Shown: positions 40,083-53,607, numbered from the stretch's first letter. The stretch: 64,000 nucleotides of DNA from Octopus vulgaris (GCA_951406725.2 OX597821.1:98208001-98272000), one strand, 5' to 3'. A program made the numbers and translations. Notes: a model not told the origin generated them from the letters alone.

Positions 40083-40334
40083 AAGCCCGTCGTATATATG
40101 TATATATGTGTGTGTGTTTGTGTGTCTGTGTTTGTCCCCCCAACATCGCTTGACGACCGATGCTGGTGTGTTTACGTCCCCGTAACTTAGCGGTTCGGCA
40201 AAAGAGACCGATATAATAAGTATTAGGCTTACAAAGAATAAGTCCTGGGGTCGATTTGCTCGACTAAAGGCGGTGCTCCAGCATGGCCACAGTCAAATGA
40301 CTGAAACAAGTAAAAGAGAGTAAAGAGTAAAAGA

Positions 40335-40335
<1 letters not shown>
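40083..40335 (+). mobile_element. Family A SINE, 3' half only
   Basis: Starts at AAGCCCGTCG. The tRNA head is absent. Confidence 0.85.
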
Positions 40336-40380
<45 letters not shown>

Positions 40381-40508
40381 TGTGATATGTCTGGAAGCTG
40401 ACTTGAATTTCTGAGCATTGAGCATGTATTCCACAACAACAGCCACTCGATTGTGTTTAGTAGCCTCGTGGTTGAAAAGATAATTCGTCACTGTCAGCAG
40501 TACTAACA

Positions 40509-40800
40509 GTGTGCCAGACGAGGCTGGCAAACGGCAACAATCGGATGGTGCTTTTTACGTGCCACCGGCACGGAGGCCAGATGAAGCTGGCAACGGCAAC
40601 AATCGGATGGTGCTTTTTACGTGCCACCGGCACGGAGGCCAGATGAAGCTGGCAATGGCAACAATCGGATGGTGCCTTTTACGTGCCACCAGCACGGAGG
40701 CCAGTTGGGGTGGCGCTGGCAACGGCCACGTTCAGATGGTTCTCTTACGTGCCACCGGCACTGGTATCACAGCTACAATTTCCATTGATGTTGATTGATT
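40509..40800 (-). mobile_element. RTE 3'-UTR tandem-repeat block (about 4 x 61 bp)
   Basis: Units such as GGCCAGATGAAGCTGGCAACGGCAACAATCGGATGGTGCTTTTTACGTGCCACCGGCACGGA. Confidence 0.85.
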
Positions 40801-41260
40801 ACGAGTTTACATCTACTAAATCCACTCAAAAGGCATTGATCAGCCCAGGGTTATGACAGATGATACTTAGCCTAGATGCTATGCAGTGGGACCGAGTCTG
40901 AAACCACTAGGTTGGGAAGTAAACCTCTTAACCACACAACCATGCTTGTGCCTATATCTTTTCTATTTTATTTTTTCCAGTCATAAGATTGTGGCCATAC
41001 TGGAAGCACAGCCTTGAATTTTTAGTCGAATGTATTGACCCTAGTATTTATTTTTTTTTTTAAACCTGGTACTTACTCTATCAGTCTCTCTTGCTGAATC
41101 ACTAAGTTACGGGGATGTAAGCACACCAGCACTGGTTCTCAAGTGTTGGTGGTGGTGGTAGGGAAGCAAGCTTCTTACCACACATCCATGTCGGTACCCC
41201 CAATGTATGAATATAGCAATTAGAAAATAGATGTTTAAAAACAATCTATATTAACTATAT

Positions 41261-41660
41261 AGGTGCAGGAGTGGCTGTGTGGTAAGTAGCTTGCTTACCA
41301 ACCACATGGTTTCGGGTTCAATCCCACTGCGTGGCACCTTGGGCAAGTGTCTTCTACTATAGCCTCGGGCCGACCAAAGCCTTGTGAGTGGATTTGGTAG
41401 ATGTAAACTGAAAGAAGCCCATCGTATATATGTATATATATATGTGTGTGTGTGTGTTTGTGTGTCTGTGTTTGTCACCCCAACATCGCTTGACAACCGA
41501 TGCTGGTGTGTTTACGTCACCGTCAGTTAGCGGTTCGGCAAATGAGACTAATAAAATAAGTACTAGACTTACAAAGAATAAGTCCCGGGGTCGATTTGCT
41601 CGACTAAAGGCGGTGCTCCAGCATGGCCACAGTCAAAGGACTGAAACAAGTAAAAGAGTA
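41261..41660 (+). mobile_element. Family A composite SINE
   Basis: Full-length copy. Confidence 0.9.
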
Positions 41661-42740
41661 ACTGTAGAGAATAGGCACCAGTTCTAAGAAAGTTACCTGC
41701 AATAGACTTCCAAGGGAAGATTTGTCTCTCCTCAATTTCATGTTCTACAGTCAGAACTAAGCATCAGGTCTTTATACATGTTCTTTGAGGTCTTGGTGAC
41801 ATTTGTCTTAGTGAAGCTCTACTTTGTCTGTTTTAGGAGCATAATCTATATAATATTAAACATGTTGTCTAGTAGTCTGAGATAAAAATCTCCAACAGAC
41901 CTATCTGTGTGTATACAGATAGTGAAATTTCCATTCTCTCTGTATGATGTTAGCTATTGAACACACAGACATATACAGAAGTGTGCAGTAAGCTGCAGGT
42001 CCTGCTTTTAACGACTGTGTGTCTGTGTGTTCAATAGATGATGTTCGAAAACAAAGAGGCAGCTGCCAGTTTTGTTGCTATCTGCTGTGAATAACTTTGA
42101 AATCTGGATATGTGAATGATTGCTTGACTTGCTGGAAATAGCAGCTAAATTTCCTTCAATTCATATTATACTTTCTATAAGAGAAAAGGACAAATTAATG
42201 TAGTCCTCGATAAGCAATGTCCTGGAGATGAACAAGGTGCTTATGACTGAATTGTTTTTGATGACCTGTGGCTAAATAACACCATTTTGTATTCCAGTCT
42301 CAAATCATCAACATCGTCATACAGTGTTTTAAATCTGGAGTTTGTCCCTGTTAACAGGCGTGGCTGGATCTATCTCAATGCCATAGCAACCGCACTCTCA
42401 CCATCTTGCCTGGTTTTGGGCGTCCTCCTTTTTCAAACCAACCTTCCCCCAATCTTCTCTGCCTGTCCCTTCCACCTTTTCCACAGTCTACCTCGCTTTC
42501 GCACTCCATAAACCTCAAACGCAATCACCCTCCTCAGAACATGCTCTTAATCCCTCCTCAACATAAGCCTGAAAAAATATTTATACCATTGGCAGTACTC
42601 CGACAGGGCCATAACACCAGGTTGAAATGAGTAAAATCAATGTAGAAATATGAAACAATACAGTATTTCCCAAGGTTTTCGAAAAAATTAACTCTGTACT
42701 ACCCTAATAAGGAGCCTGAGAGCCCCTATCCCCACAATAC

Positions 42741-42973
42741 ATATTTCTTTATTACCCACAAGGGGCTAAACATAGAGGGGACAAACAAGGACAGACATAG
42801 GTATTAAGTCGATTACATCGACCCCAGTGCGTAACTGGTACTTAATTTATCGACCCTGAAAGGATGAAAGGTAAAGTCGACCTCGGCGGAATTTGAACTC
42901 AGAACGTAGCGGCAGACGAAATACCGCTAAGCATTTCGCCTGGCGCACTAACGATTCTTCCAGCTCGCCGCCT
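42741..42973 (-). mobile_element. Well-preserved family B SINE (tRNA head plus Meta-like domain)
   Basis: Minus strand AGGCGGCGAGCTGG...GAGTTCAAATTCC...CCTTTCATCCTTTCAGGGTCGATAAATTAAGTACCAG. CpGs are retained, suggesting a young copy. Confidence 0.85.
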
Positions 42974-43359
42974 TTAATACCAACTATCCCCACAATACCA
43001 ACTAAAATTGCAATTACTGAAGCAGATGTCATGCTTCTCTGAATTGGTAAATACTGACTGAGCAAGAAGTAAAACGGTAAGGGCTGATTCAAACCCACAG
43101 CAAGTAATTTTGGTCATATTGACAGTAAATAAGACTGATAAATAACGATTGCTAACATAGGTACAAGGTTATAAATTTAGGTGATGAAATATTCGATTGA
43201 ATCAACTGCAGTATACGACTGATACTTATTGCATTTACCAACTAAGATGAGGTTGATTTTTATCAGAGTTTGAACTTAGAATATAAAGTGAAATAACCAA
43301 ATATCACAAGGCACTTTATCTGTTGCTCTAGTGGACAACAACAACAACAATAATAATAC

Positions 43360-43421
43360 CTTTGTATTTCCTGACATACTTGGAATATCGGCATCACTGA
43401 TACTACTACTTGTGCTGCTGT
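43360..43421 (-). CDS. PTK2: FAK-like exon (62 nt, phase 1-0): (N)SSTSSSISDADIPSMSGNTK
   Basis: Polypyrimidine tract tcttcttcccttcattAG and donor AAG|GTATTA. It restores frame exactly between the 100-nt exon and the first FAT exon. Confidence 0.7.
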
Positions 43422-44102
43422 CTAATGAAGGGAAGAAGACAAAAACATTTTGTTAATTATAGCTCAAAACAACTGTTTAACAATAATAATGTCTTGTTTG
43501 GCCACAAGGGCCTAAGAAGTTTGGGGAGAGTACAAAAGCAAAAACACTATTGTCACAAAAAAAAAAGCAAATCAAGTAAAAGTATTAGCTCAACGATAAA
43601 GATACATTAATAATAGAGAAATATAACAACAACGTAAAACAACAAAATAAGAAACAATATCTTAAAGAAGGGGATGGTGGCAAATACTTAAGATGATTTA
43701 GTGCGTCCCCACATACAACCCTGGATTACCCTCACACACCGGAGGCAAGTTCCTTCTCACAGTTCTTGCTATTAACCTACAGTCGTAGTGTTAGGGTAGA
43801 CTTATTTAATCACACCAATTTTACCATGCTTACCCAACTTCTATGAAATTTACTGGGGTAGGGGGTAGCAGCTTGACTGCTTTCCTCAGGTGGTACTTGA
43901 TGAAGTTAAGGGCTTGGCTTGAGAGGAAAATCTTAGACCTCAAACTTTCAATCATATTCATCACAGTCTCAGATTTGAGAGAAAATTTCAGAGAAAAATG
44001 CTAGCATGGATTGGACAGTTTGACAAGGAACCAAAGAGTCCAAGGACTGCATCATGCTTCATTGTCTGCTTTGGCATAGTTTCTACAACAAGATGTCCTT
44101 AA

Positions 44103-44418
44103 CCCCTTACCCCCTTACCCAACAATTATTTTGAAAATAAATGTATTTTTTCAGACATATTTTTTAATTGTTTTATTTTACTATGTTTTGAATGGTGATT
44201 TTGAGGTATATTTCAAACCTTGTTTATTATGAATTTTAATTCAATAATATTGATTTTAAATTACCGCTTTGGGCAGAAACGAGTTAACCCGTTTTTAGAC
44301 GAAGGAACTTGTTTGCTGACGATTTTGGCGAGTCTATCTTTTGACGAGTTAACTCGCCAGAGATAGAAAAAAACGATTTCGGTCAAAACGCATATATTCG
44401 TTTCTGCCGGGTAAGGGG
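44103..44418. mobile_element. piggyBac-type MITE
   Basis: TTAA|CCCCTTACCC ... GGGTAAGGGG|TTAA. Confidence 0.75.
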
Positions 44419-45033
44419 TTAATGCTATAAAATATCAATATCTATCAATGTAGAAATGAGAAACTGTACCATAGCCACTAGATGGGAAAATACATACTCC
44501 TCTTTGCTAAAGGAGAGCAATGGATATCTTCACTACAGTTTTGGTCAATTCTACATACAACTATGAAATGTTAACCCACAAATCAGCAATGCAGATATAC
44601 TAAATCAGTGTACACTAGACAGTTTTGTCACCCTGCATGCATTTTGGATAGGTTCAGTTGCTGGTGCCTTGACAAGCAATGTCTAAAGATTTATCTTGAA
44701 TAGGTAAAGACTTCTGTAGCACAGATCAAGAACTTTTGGAAATTTCCATAATCCTAAACCTGAAAATCTTCCAGAAGAAATTATGTATATTGTCTTTATT
44801 GATGCCCAGAATTACTCCCAAACCACCAACACATGTACCCTTCAGTAATTCTCTACAGAACGTAAGGGTTGATCTCCCACCAATCATATTGTCCAGTAGT
44901 GAGCATATGGTATCATTTCATTGATCTTTGTCCGTGTTTGACCAAAGACTGTACCTTAGTTAAAAGATGAGTTGCAAAAGGCAATCACACACATTTACTA
45001 TTCCAGAAACCAGCTTCAGTTTTTGCCTATGTC

Positions 45034-45156
45034 CGAGGAGGTGTATGAAAAGTCCTGAACCTCAAAAAAAAAAAAAATGTAGAAGACTTCTGATGAAGGT
45101 ACAAGACTTCAAGGCTCAAAGGCCTTGAAGGTTCAAAACTTTTCATACACCCCTCG
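45034..45156. mobile_element. Mariner-type mini-MITE
   Basis: Imperfect TIRs CGAGGAGGTGTATGAAAAGT / ACTTTTCATACACCCCTCG, followed by TA. Confidence 0.65.
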
Positions 45157-45938
45157 TATCAGCTGTGTTATCACAAGAGTCCTAAGAGTAGTTATTGGCA
45201 GCAGATGCTCTGGCTAGTGAAATATATACCTATCACAAATGCGTATGCTTTCATCTGGCCAGATGATTCCTGGAATAAGGCATAATGGTCAGGTAGTAAT
45301 ACATCATTGAATTCATGTCAGCAGTAGCCACTTTCACCCGAAGTTTCAGATTCAGTTTCTCTCAGCCCATTTGAAAGCAAGTCTGGCCACCCTCTTCCTA
45401 GTTTTTCTTCACCTACAGTTCTGGTCTGAACCAGATCTAACACCTTAACCAGGTCCTTGTGTCAGCAGCAGAAGCTGTTGTCCCTTATACACTTGCCTCT
45501 TCAAGTGCTGTTTTGCAAGATTACTAACTTGTGCTGATTCATACAAGCTTTCATTACTTCCTCATAGTTTTCTAGTTTATTGTGAATGTGGATGCCAGCC
45601 ACATGTGGACACAGCTCCTTTGTGTCTTAGTTTATGCATGATACCACTCAATTTCTCCAACTTCCACAACATTAGCCTGAATACCAAAAGATTCAAGAGA
45701 TTCTAGAAGGGTACCCTTAGTGGCCCAAGTGTGTGAAACCCACTTCGTTTTTTAATTTTTTTCTTTTGCACATGCAATTTTGAGTTACAATCAAAGGAAC
45801 AATGTGAAGTGGAACAGAACAAGAGACAAGCTCTGCCAGCTATCTTGATCACTTTTGCAATAAATTATTAACAATAATAAAGGAAGCCAAAAAAAGAAAA
45901 AAGAAATAGAGAGGCCAACGTGAAGTTGAAATACTTAC

Positions 45939-46038
45939 TGGATACTTGACTAGACAGTCTAGTAAGACGTCCAGAAGGAGGTGCAGGTGTAGCAGGCTGG
46001 GTCTGAGCATGAAATATTAAGTTGTCATTAGTATGGAC
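45939..46038 (-). CDS. PTK2: FAK-like exon (100 nt, phase 0-1): VHTNDNLIFHAQTQPATPAPPSGRLTRLSSQVS
   Basis: Acceptor ctttcatAG, donor GTAAGT. Only one of the three frames is open, and it fits the upstream exon. Pro-rich. Not in the ORF track. Confidence 0.75.
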
Positions 46039-47945
46039 CTATGAAAGATATACAGAAGACAAGAATTTAATAATCATAAATTCCTACACACTGCTGTGTG
46101 TGTTGCACAGGCAGTCCTCAGGTTTCTAAGTTTGATTTATATGAATGTAGGGTAAGGTAGGAGAGGCTGAATCTGGCCAGTTTGAACATAAAACAGGTAG
46201 AATATTTGAGCTGGATATGGTCAGTTTAAATGCTAAAGGGTTAACGGAGAAATTTCAGAAGCTAAGCAAATACATAGATCAAGACAGACTGAAAAGATGT
46301 AGTAGCTTAAAATAAAAACAATTCCAGTCATTACAGGTATGATTACAGGAAGTTTTGAGAAACATCTTAGTAACATTTCAGGTGAACCATTTCTCCAAGA
46401 AACTTTGAAATATGTAATACCTTCTCAATTTAACAAGTAAATTCTAGAGTAGATGTAAATATGTGACATAATCTAAATGTTTGAGATTCTCACATCAAGC
46501 ATATACCAAACATTTTTCCTTTCAACTTTTATATCACATCTACCAAAATTTTTTAAAACTGTATTATTGTGAAGTAATGTTCACTGCTCATAATCATGAA
46601 TATTTGTAAATCAGACATTCATGACTAGAGAGAGACTGCTTGTATAGAAGTAGATCTCAATATTGTGTGCGTACAAATACACTTCAAAGTGTTGAAACAA
46701 ATAAGAGAATATATTAAGTAAGAATTACATGTTAAGTAAACCCATTTAATGAGGTTAATGAGAGTATTGGAGACGACAGAAGTTAGAGTGGTTAGTGTAA
46801 TTGATAACCAGTTGAGAGGTCAGGGGTCCATATTTTATCACAACTGCTAGTGTGTCCAGGGTCAAGACACTTGACTCTTAAATGACTCAGTTACTAGTAC
46901 TTAAATACACCAGACACACACACATACATAATACACATTTGAACAAGGCAATGAGAGAGCTACTTTCTGGTCACTAAACATGCAACGTAGCAGCCAAACC
47001 ATCTTCAAATTACACTCTGCTGTCTTAAAAGATAGGGGCATGTTTAATAATGTAGTTCTACATATGCAATGCCTGAGAGAAGGATAGGACGGTTAGGAAG
47101 TCTTGCTTAATCACAGTTGATGCAAGGCTAAACAGCAACACATTCCTTCGTGGCACATACACACATTAAAGGTGGAATCTGACAAAGGAGATAAAAAATA
47201 CCTACAAGTGGCAAGATGCTGTCCTAAAGACCTGGCCAAGCCATGCAAATAAAGATTAACAGACATAAAATAATGACAATAAAGATGAGAAATATCCATA
47301 CATGCACACACACACACACACTGTCTTATTCTTTTGCTGATTTGAGCCCAGTTATGCTGGGGCCCTGCCAATAAGGAATTGTATTGACTACATAGAAGTC
47401 AGCATTTTGTCTGATGTTTCTTTTACACACATAGTATACCAGTATGTATTTTATCAATCATGGATTTGAATTCAAAACGAATGGGTGTAATTAAATAATA
47501 CTTAATGATATTAAGTTCCTGTTTTAGGCACAAGGTCAGTAATTTTGAAGGAAGGTGTAAGTTGATACCATTGACTACCTTATCATTTGGTACTTTAGTG
47601 TATTGGCCCCAGAGAAACACAAAGTAAAGTTGATCTTGGCAGTTTTGGAACCCAAAACAAAGAACTGGAAGAAACTGAGAAGTATTTCCCCAACTCTGTC
47701 ATGATTCTGCCTGGTTGCTCCTGTTTCTAAATTAAGTGTAAAACCAGAAATTTGTGGTGAGGCAGGGGGAATTTAATTGATTACATAGATTCCAAGGCAC
47801 CTGACTGGATTTGAACTCAGAACAGAGCTAGAAGAAATACATGGTAATTTGTTTGATGTTCTAATGATTCTGCTAATCCATTATCCTTTGCTAATCTACA
47901 AGTTTTGAGGGGAGGGATTAGTTGATTACATTAATTACGATACTT

Positions 47946-48360
47946 AGGCGCAGGAGTGGCTGTGTGGTAAATAGCTTGTTTACCAGCCACATGGTTCCAG
48001 GTTCAGTCCCACTTGGGCAAGTGTCTTCTACTATAGCCTCGGGCCAACCAAAGCCTTGTCAGTGGATTTGGCAGACGGAAACTGAAAGAAGCCTGTCGTA
48101 TATATGTGTGTGTGTGTATATATATATTTATATATATGCGTGTGTGTGTTTGTGTGTCTGTGTTTGTCCCCCAAGCATTGCTTGACAACCGATGCTGGTG
48201 TGTTTATGTCCCCGTTACTTAGCGGTTCGGCAAAAAGAGACCGATAGAATAAGTGCTGGGCTTACAAAAGAATAAGTCCCGGGGTTGAGTTGCTCGATTA
48301 AAGGTGGTGCTCCAGCATGGCCGCAGTCAAATGACTGAAACAAGTAAAAGAGTAAAAGAG
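47946..48360 (+). mobile_element. Family A composite SINE
   Basis: Full-length copy with a short deletion after the B box. Confidence 0.9.
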
Positions 48361-48797
48361 TACTTAACCACTACTCTAGAGATATGCATGTTGCTTAGGG
48401 GGTGCACTGGACAACTCTGCTCCCTCACTAGTCAATGGTGGACCCTCAGATTTACAGTGATATACTTAGTGCCCATCCAGAATATTTTGAAGCACCCACC
48501 TAGGTACCAAAGTCTGGCAACGAGCCTACCTAGGGGGATGAAAGGCAAAGTTGACCATGGTGGGATTTTAATTGAGAATGTAAAAAGCCACAACTAAATA
48601 CCACACAGCAGCATTTTGTCTGATGATGTACCAGTAATTTTATGGGGTCCAGAAGAGAAAGTGAAAACATACTGGGATTGATGAAACAATGTTACTCTTC
48701 CTCCAAATATCAGTGTTTGTACCTCAACAAGACATAACCAATGTTAAAGCAAATGAAAAATTAAAATTTAGTGAGAAACGGCATGTAGTGTACTTAC

Positions 48798-48965
48798 CAG
48801 TCTATTTTCTCTACTCTGTAACCATTTCGCATCTTCTTCTGAATCACGTTGCTGTTGTTTTAGCCTCTCCTCCAGCTTCTGTTGCTCCATCTCTTCAGTG
48901 GGAATCTGTGGCAGCAGAGAGCTGGTTTCACAGTTTGAATGAAGTGAATTATTATTTTCCTGAGG
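48798..48965 (-). CDS. PTK2: FAK-like exon (168 nt, phase 0-0): PQENN...LEERLKQQQRDSEEDAKWLQSRENRL
   Basis: Acceptor gtgcAG, donor GTAAGT. The peptide matches the FAK segment MEERLIRQQQEMEEDQRWLEKEERFL. Confidence 0.92.
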
Positions 48966-49019
48966 CTGCACCAATCAGAAACAAAGCCATATTGAGAGTG
49001 AGGCCAAAGACAAAGACAC

Positions 49020-49420
49020 ATTTATATACATATAGATATATGTATGTATATATAAATACATATATACATATATATATATATATAAATACATATATACATA
49101 TACACATATATATATAAATACATATATACATATACACATATATATATAAATACATATATACATATACACATATATATATAAATACATATATACATATATA
49201 TACATATACACATATATATATAAATACATATATATATAAATACATATATATATAAATACATATATACATAAATACATATATATATATACATATATACATA
49301 AATACATATATATATATACATATATACATATATACATATATACACATATATATATACATATATATATACACACACTCGTAAACACAACACTCACATACAT
49401 ACACACATATAAACTACATA
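49020..49420. repeat. ~400-bp compound (TA)n/(TACA)n/(TAAA)n microsatellite
   Basis: Seen directly. Begins about 55 nt from the acceptor of exon 48965-48798. Confidence 0.95.
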
Positions 49421-49878
49421 TTTTTAAATACATATACACTACATAATACACTACACACTCACAGAGACACAGTATAGCATCTAGTTGTCTGTTTATTTAG
49501 ATAGCTTTACTTATGTATTTATCGGTGATGTTATTTTGGTAATGTGTAATGAACTAATGGCTAACGATTGATGTCTGAATTTAGATGTAAATAGGGAGAG
49601 ACTGTGTGTGTGTGTGTGTGTGTGTGAGTGAGTGAGAAAGAGAGAGGAGGAGGGGAGAGAGTAACGAAAGGAAGAGAAACAATTCTCCTTGTATGTGTGT
49701 ATGTGTAAAAATCTTCACTAATTAAAAACTGCTTCATTTGAGCTGGAAGGAAGGCAAGGAAGGAAAAGCTAATTATATTTGGCTTCAGCTTCAGTACTGT
49801 AGCTCCTCTGTCACTTGGTTTTACTTTGATTTTACTTTTTACTCCAACAAGAAGGGTATAGTGAAGACAGAATAAATA

Positions 49879-49912
<34 letters not shown>

Positions 49913-49967
49913 ATTCATAAATACAGAGAGGTTCGGTGGTACAAAGAAGAGAAATAAAAGTTAATAT

Positions 49968-50131
49968 AGGCGCAGGAGTGGCTGTGTGGTAAGTAGCTTG
50001 CTAACCAACCACATGGTTCCGGGTTCAGTCCCACTGCGTGGCATCTTGGGCAAGTGTCTTCTGCTATGGCCCTGGGCCGACCAACGCCTTGTGAGTGGAT
50101 TTGGTAGTCGGAAACTGAAAGAAGCCTGTCG

Positions 50132-50172
<41 letters not shown>

Positions 50173-50372
50173 TTGTGTGTCTGTGTTTGTCCCCCTAGCA
50201 TTGCTTGACAACCGATGCTGGTGTGTTTACGTCCCCGTCACTTAGAGGTTCAGCAAAAGAGACCGATAGAATAAGTACTGGGCTTACAAAGAATAAGTCC
50301 CGGGGTCGATTTGCTCGACTAAAGGCAATGCTCCAGCAAGGCCGCAGTCAAATGACTGAAACAAGTAAAAGA
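49968..50372 (+). mobile_element. Family A composite SINE
   Basis: Full-length copy. Confidence 0.9.
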
Positions 50373-50437
50373 GTATTCAAGAATAAATCTATCTAGCCAT
50401 AGTTACATAAGTGACTCAGGGCTTGAGTGTTCCATTC

Positions 50438-50468
<31 letters not shown>

Positions 50469-50933
50469 TACATATACATACATACACACACACATCAAAT
50501 GGCCTCAGGTTAAGTTAGACTGTGTGGCACCTTGAGCAAGAGTTTGCCGCTATTAGTATTGATGATAAAGCCTTGTGAGCGGATGTGGTAGATGGGAACC
50601 GAAAGAACCCTGTTTTGTGTGTACGTGTTCAATTTCACTGATTTGTAAACAGTGAACAGTGGCTTCATTTACTCACAGCCCACCACAAAAGCATGTCCTG
50701 GCTTCTTGACACATTGTGTGAACTCTGTGAACAAAAGGCTCATTCATCTAGTACTGTTTGTTATTATATCAACTGGTAAATTATAACCTCACTTGGAAAC
50801 AAGTGAGATAGGCAACAGGAAGGGCATCTGGCCATAAAAAAAAACAAAACCAAAACTCATATTTTCAGATGGCCAATGCAAGTATGGAAAAGTAGATGTT
50901 AAAATGATGACAATGCACACACATTCAGTTTAA

Positions 50934-51153
50934 CCCTTTAGTGTTCAGATTACTCTGTTAAATGTAATGCTTTTCCACTCAAATTGTTTTGAATTAATCA
51001 TGCATTATCTTATAGCTTTGAGGTTTCAATGATGTGATTGTTTATATTTAGAATGACATTGTCGGGTAGGTGTGAGGGGCTAGATATTACCAGTTTGAAT
51101 ATAAAATATGTAGAATATCTGGGCCAGATTTGGCCGGTTTAAACACTAAAGGG
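50934..51153. mobile_element. piggyBac-type MITE (related decayed copies near 12460-12680 and 46145-46244)
   Basis: TTAA|CCCTTTAGTGTT ... AACACTAAAGGG|TTAA. Confidence 0.8.
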
Positions 51154-52953
51154 TTAACAAGGCTGTATCTTTGAACTACAAGTACAATTCACCCAGTAGG
51201 CTTCTGAATAGTTTGTGGTCTGGTGGTTGGGGTGTTGCACTTATGATCACCAGATCATGGATTTGATTCCCGGACTGGGTAGTGTGTGGTGTTATTGAGA
51301 AAAACATTTCATTTTGTGTTGCTTTAGTGCTGTGTGGGGACAGACCCAATGTTTCCTCTGTGTGCTGTAAAAGGCAATTAGAAGAGGCTGAGGTAGGTTT
51401 TGCATGCCAATCTTGTAAGACCCTCACCAGCAAATAACTACCCAAACAGGCTCGTGGGTTGGAGGGTTGTTATCCAAGTGGTGCAGCAGTGTCATCAGCC
51501 AGTAGTTGTAGGGAATCACCAACATACAGCAATTTGCTGTTACAGTGCATGCCAGCATACTATTACTATACATACATACATACATACACACACACACCAT
51601 CATCATTTAACATCCATTTTCCATGCTGGTGTGGGTTGGATAGTTTGACTGATAACTGGTAAACCAGGAAGCTGATCTGATCTGGAAAGGTTTCTATGGC
51701 TTGATGCCCTTCTTAATGCCAACAACTCTGAGAGTGTAGTGGGTGCTTTTTACGTGCCACTGGCAAGGATGCTATAGACCTGTCACCGGCATCAGCCGTG
51801 ACTGGCTCTCACACACACATTTTAATAACAGCTTGACTCAACTCCACAAAGTTTCATGAGCACAGAGGACGAACCCATATAATCAGAAATTAGAGGAGTA
51901 ACGATTTTGAGACAAATTCAAGATGGTTACAAGATGTTGGGCTATACTGGTCAGCTCAGGTCAAATGCTGTTGATGATGTTATGGAAGTGACACCAGAAC
52001 TGGAAGCAGCAATCCTGAAGTTGTCTCAAAATCAATACTCTTCTTCCAATTTCCGGTGAGGACACGTTCATTCTACATACCTGTGAAACTTCTAAGTTAT
52101 ATGGAACAGAATCAAACTGTTATTAAATATAAACTCCTACAAAATGTATCAAGTGCTACTTTCTTTAATTTGTTCACACTTATGTGTGTATGTCTGTATA
52201 TACACTCGTATGTACAACTTAAACACAAGCATAGTATTTTTTTTTTAAACTTTGACCAAAATTTAAATAATTGCACAAGCATTTTTTTTTACATTTTTGT
52301 AATTTATATAGTGATTAAACACTCAAGTAGTTTTATATTAATTTATTAATGTATCCTGTATATTCAAGTATTTTGTAAATGTAATGTTTATTGCTTGATC
52401 ATGCATCAATGCACACATGTACATACTTGCACAAGTGCATATACATACATGTGTGTGTGTGTATGACTTCTCTGTATGAATTCTTTGTTGCTTGCTTTCT
52501 TTCTCATATATATGTACAGCCAAGGTAAAGTTTAAGTTAACAGCCAAATGAGTTCAATTTGCAGTACAAGTGACAAGATCCTGTTTTTTATTTAATTTTC
52601 TCAATGTTAAAACTTTTGGTGTATTAATTATAATATCTATCTCATCTGTCTTTCATCTTCCCTTTCTCTCACTCTCATGAACTTACTAGGTATTAATAGA
52701 GTTCCCAAAACGTGAACGCGTACCCTATATGTGATGGTGTACTAATGTATGCTAAGAGGGTGGAATGGAAAAGCAACATAAAAATCAGCTTAAGGAAAGA
52801 GTCATAGAAAAAAGGAATCAACAAGAGTAGGAATACCAATGGAGTGGCTATATGACACATTTGAGGTTCCAACACTGTTACAAGAAGTCGAAATCACACA
52901 TACAAGGAAAAGAACACTGAATTTCTGAAAGTAGATCCTAAAAAAAGATATTG

Positions 52954-52984
<31 letters not shown>

Positions 52985-53377
52985 GAGTTAGAGTGAATAA
53001 AAGAAATTGATTGTTAAATAAAAAAAATTAAAAGGGAGATATTGTTTAGTGAAACTGTACTGCCCTCCCAGTAAAAAGTGGTAGTAGACAGCCATTATAA
53101 ACAGACCAGGAGCTGGTCGACAGTAGAGGGTCGAGAGTAAGTGCAGACTGTGTTGATAGTCATGTCTGTGCTGATATAGTAATTATACTGTGATACTGAG
53201 TGGATGTTATAGCAAGCCAACCCTTTGAGGATAACAACACTTTATGACTGGTGGTTGTACAGTGCCAGATAGAACCATTCTATCGATGACTTCGGAATAT
53301 AACAATATCCATCATAGTGACAACTGTCATCAAAAGACAGATACAACAGTGACAAAAGACCGCTTTACAACAAAGAT

Positions 53378-53607
53378 CATTTGGACAGAAAAAATATGAA
53401 TTCTGTAGATGAGGTTAGAACAGTGCTGGAGGAGAATTTTTTGTCATGGACAAGTGAATTTTGGAAGAGGGGCCTTGCACGTCTACCAGATAGGTAGAGG
53501 AGCATTGTAGAAAATGAAGGAGAGTATATTTTAGATTAAAAAGAACTATTGTAATTTATAAAAATAAAAGAAGCATAAAAACCCACATTATTTATGGGAT
53601 GACTCAA
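53378..53607 (+). mobile_element. 3' fragment of the same mariner family as 20499-21713
   Basis: Highly similar to 21480-21713, including the right TIR (GGGATGACTCAA|TA). Confidence 0.9.

Noticed and set aside
40509-40800. Regularly spaced ~25-bp repeats resembling a CRISPR array (also 6940-7110 and 7830-8050)
   Set aside because: The 'spacers' are similar to each other, so these are tandem units of a dispersed retroelement UTR. The context is eukaryotic and has no cas genes.
45090-45140. CTGATGAAG, a possible hammerhead core (also CTGAAGA near 57565)
   Set aside because: No correctly placed GAAA, stem III or stem I. The first lies inside a mariner MITE.
48952-49451. Overlapping 122-158 aa ORFs
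   Set aside because: Microsatellite artefacts.
53043-53372. Possible solo LTR (TGTT...AACA)
   Set aside because: No matching target-site duplication and no second copy in the window.
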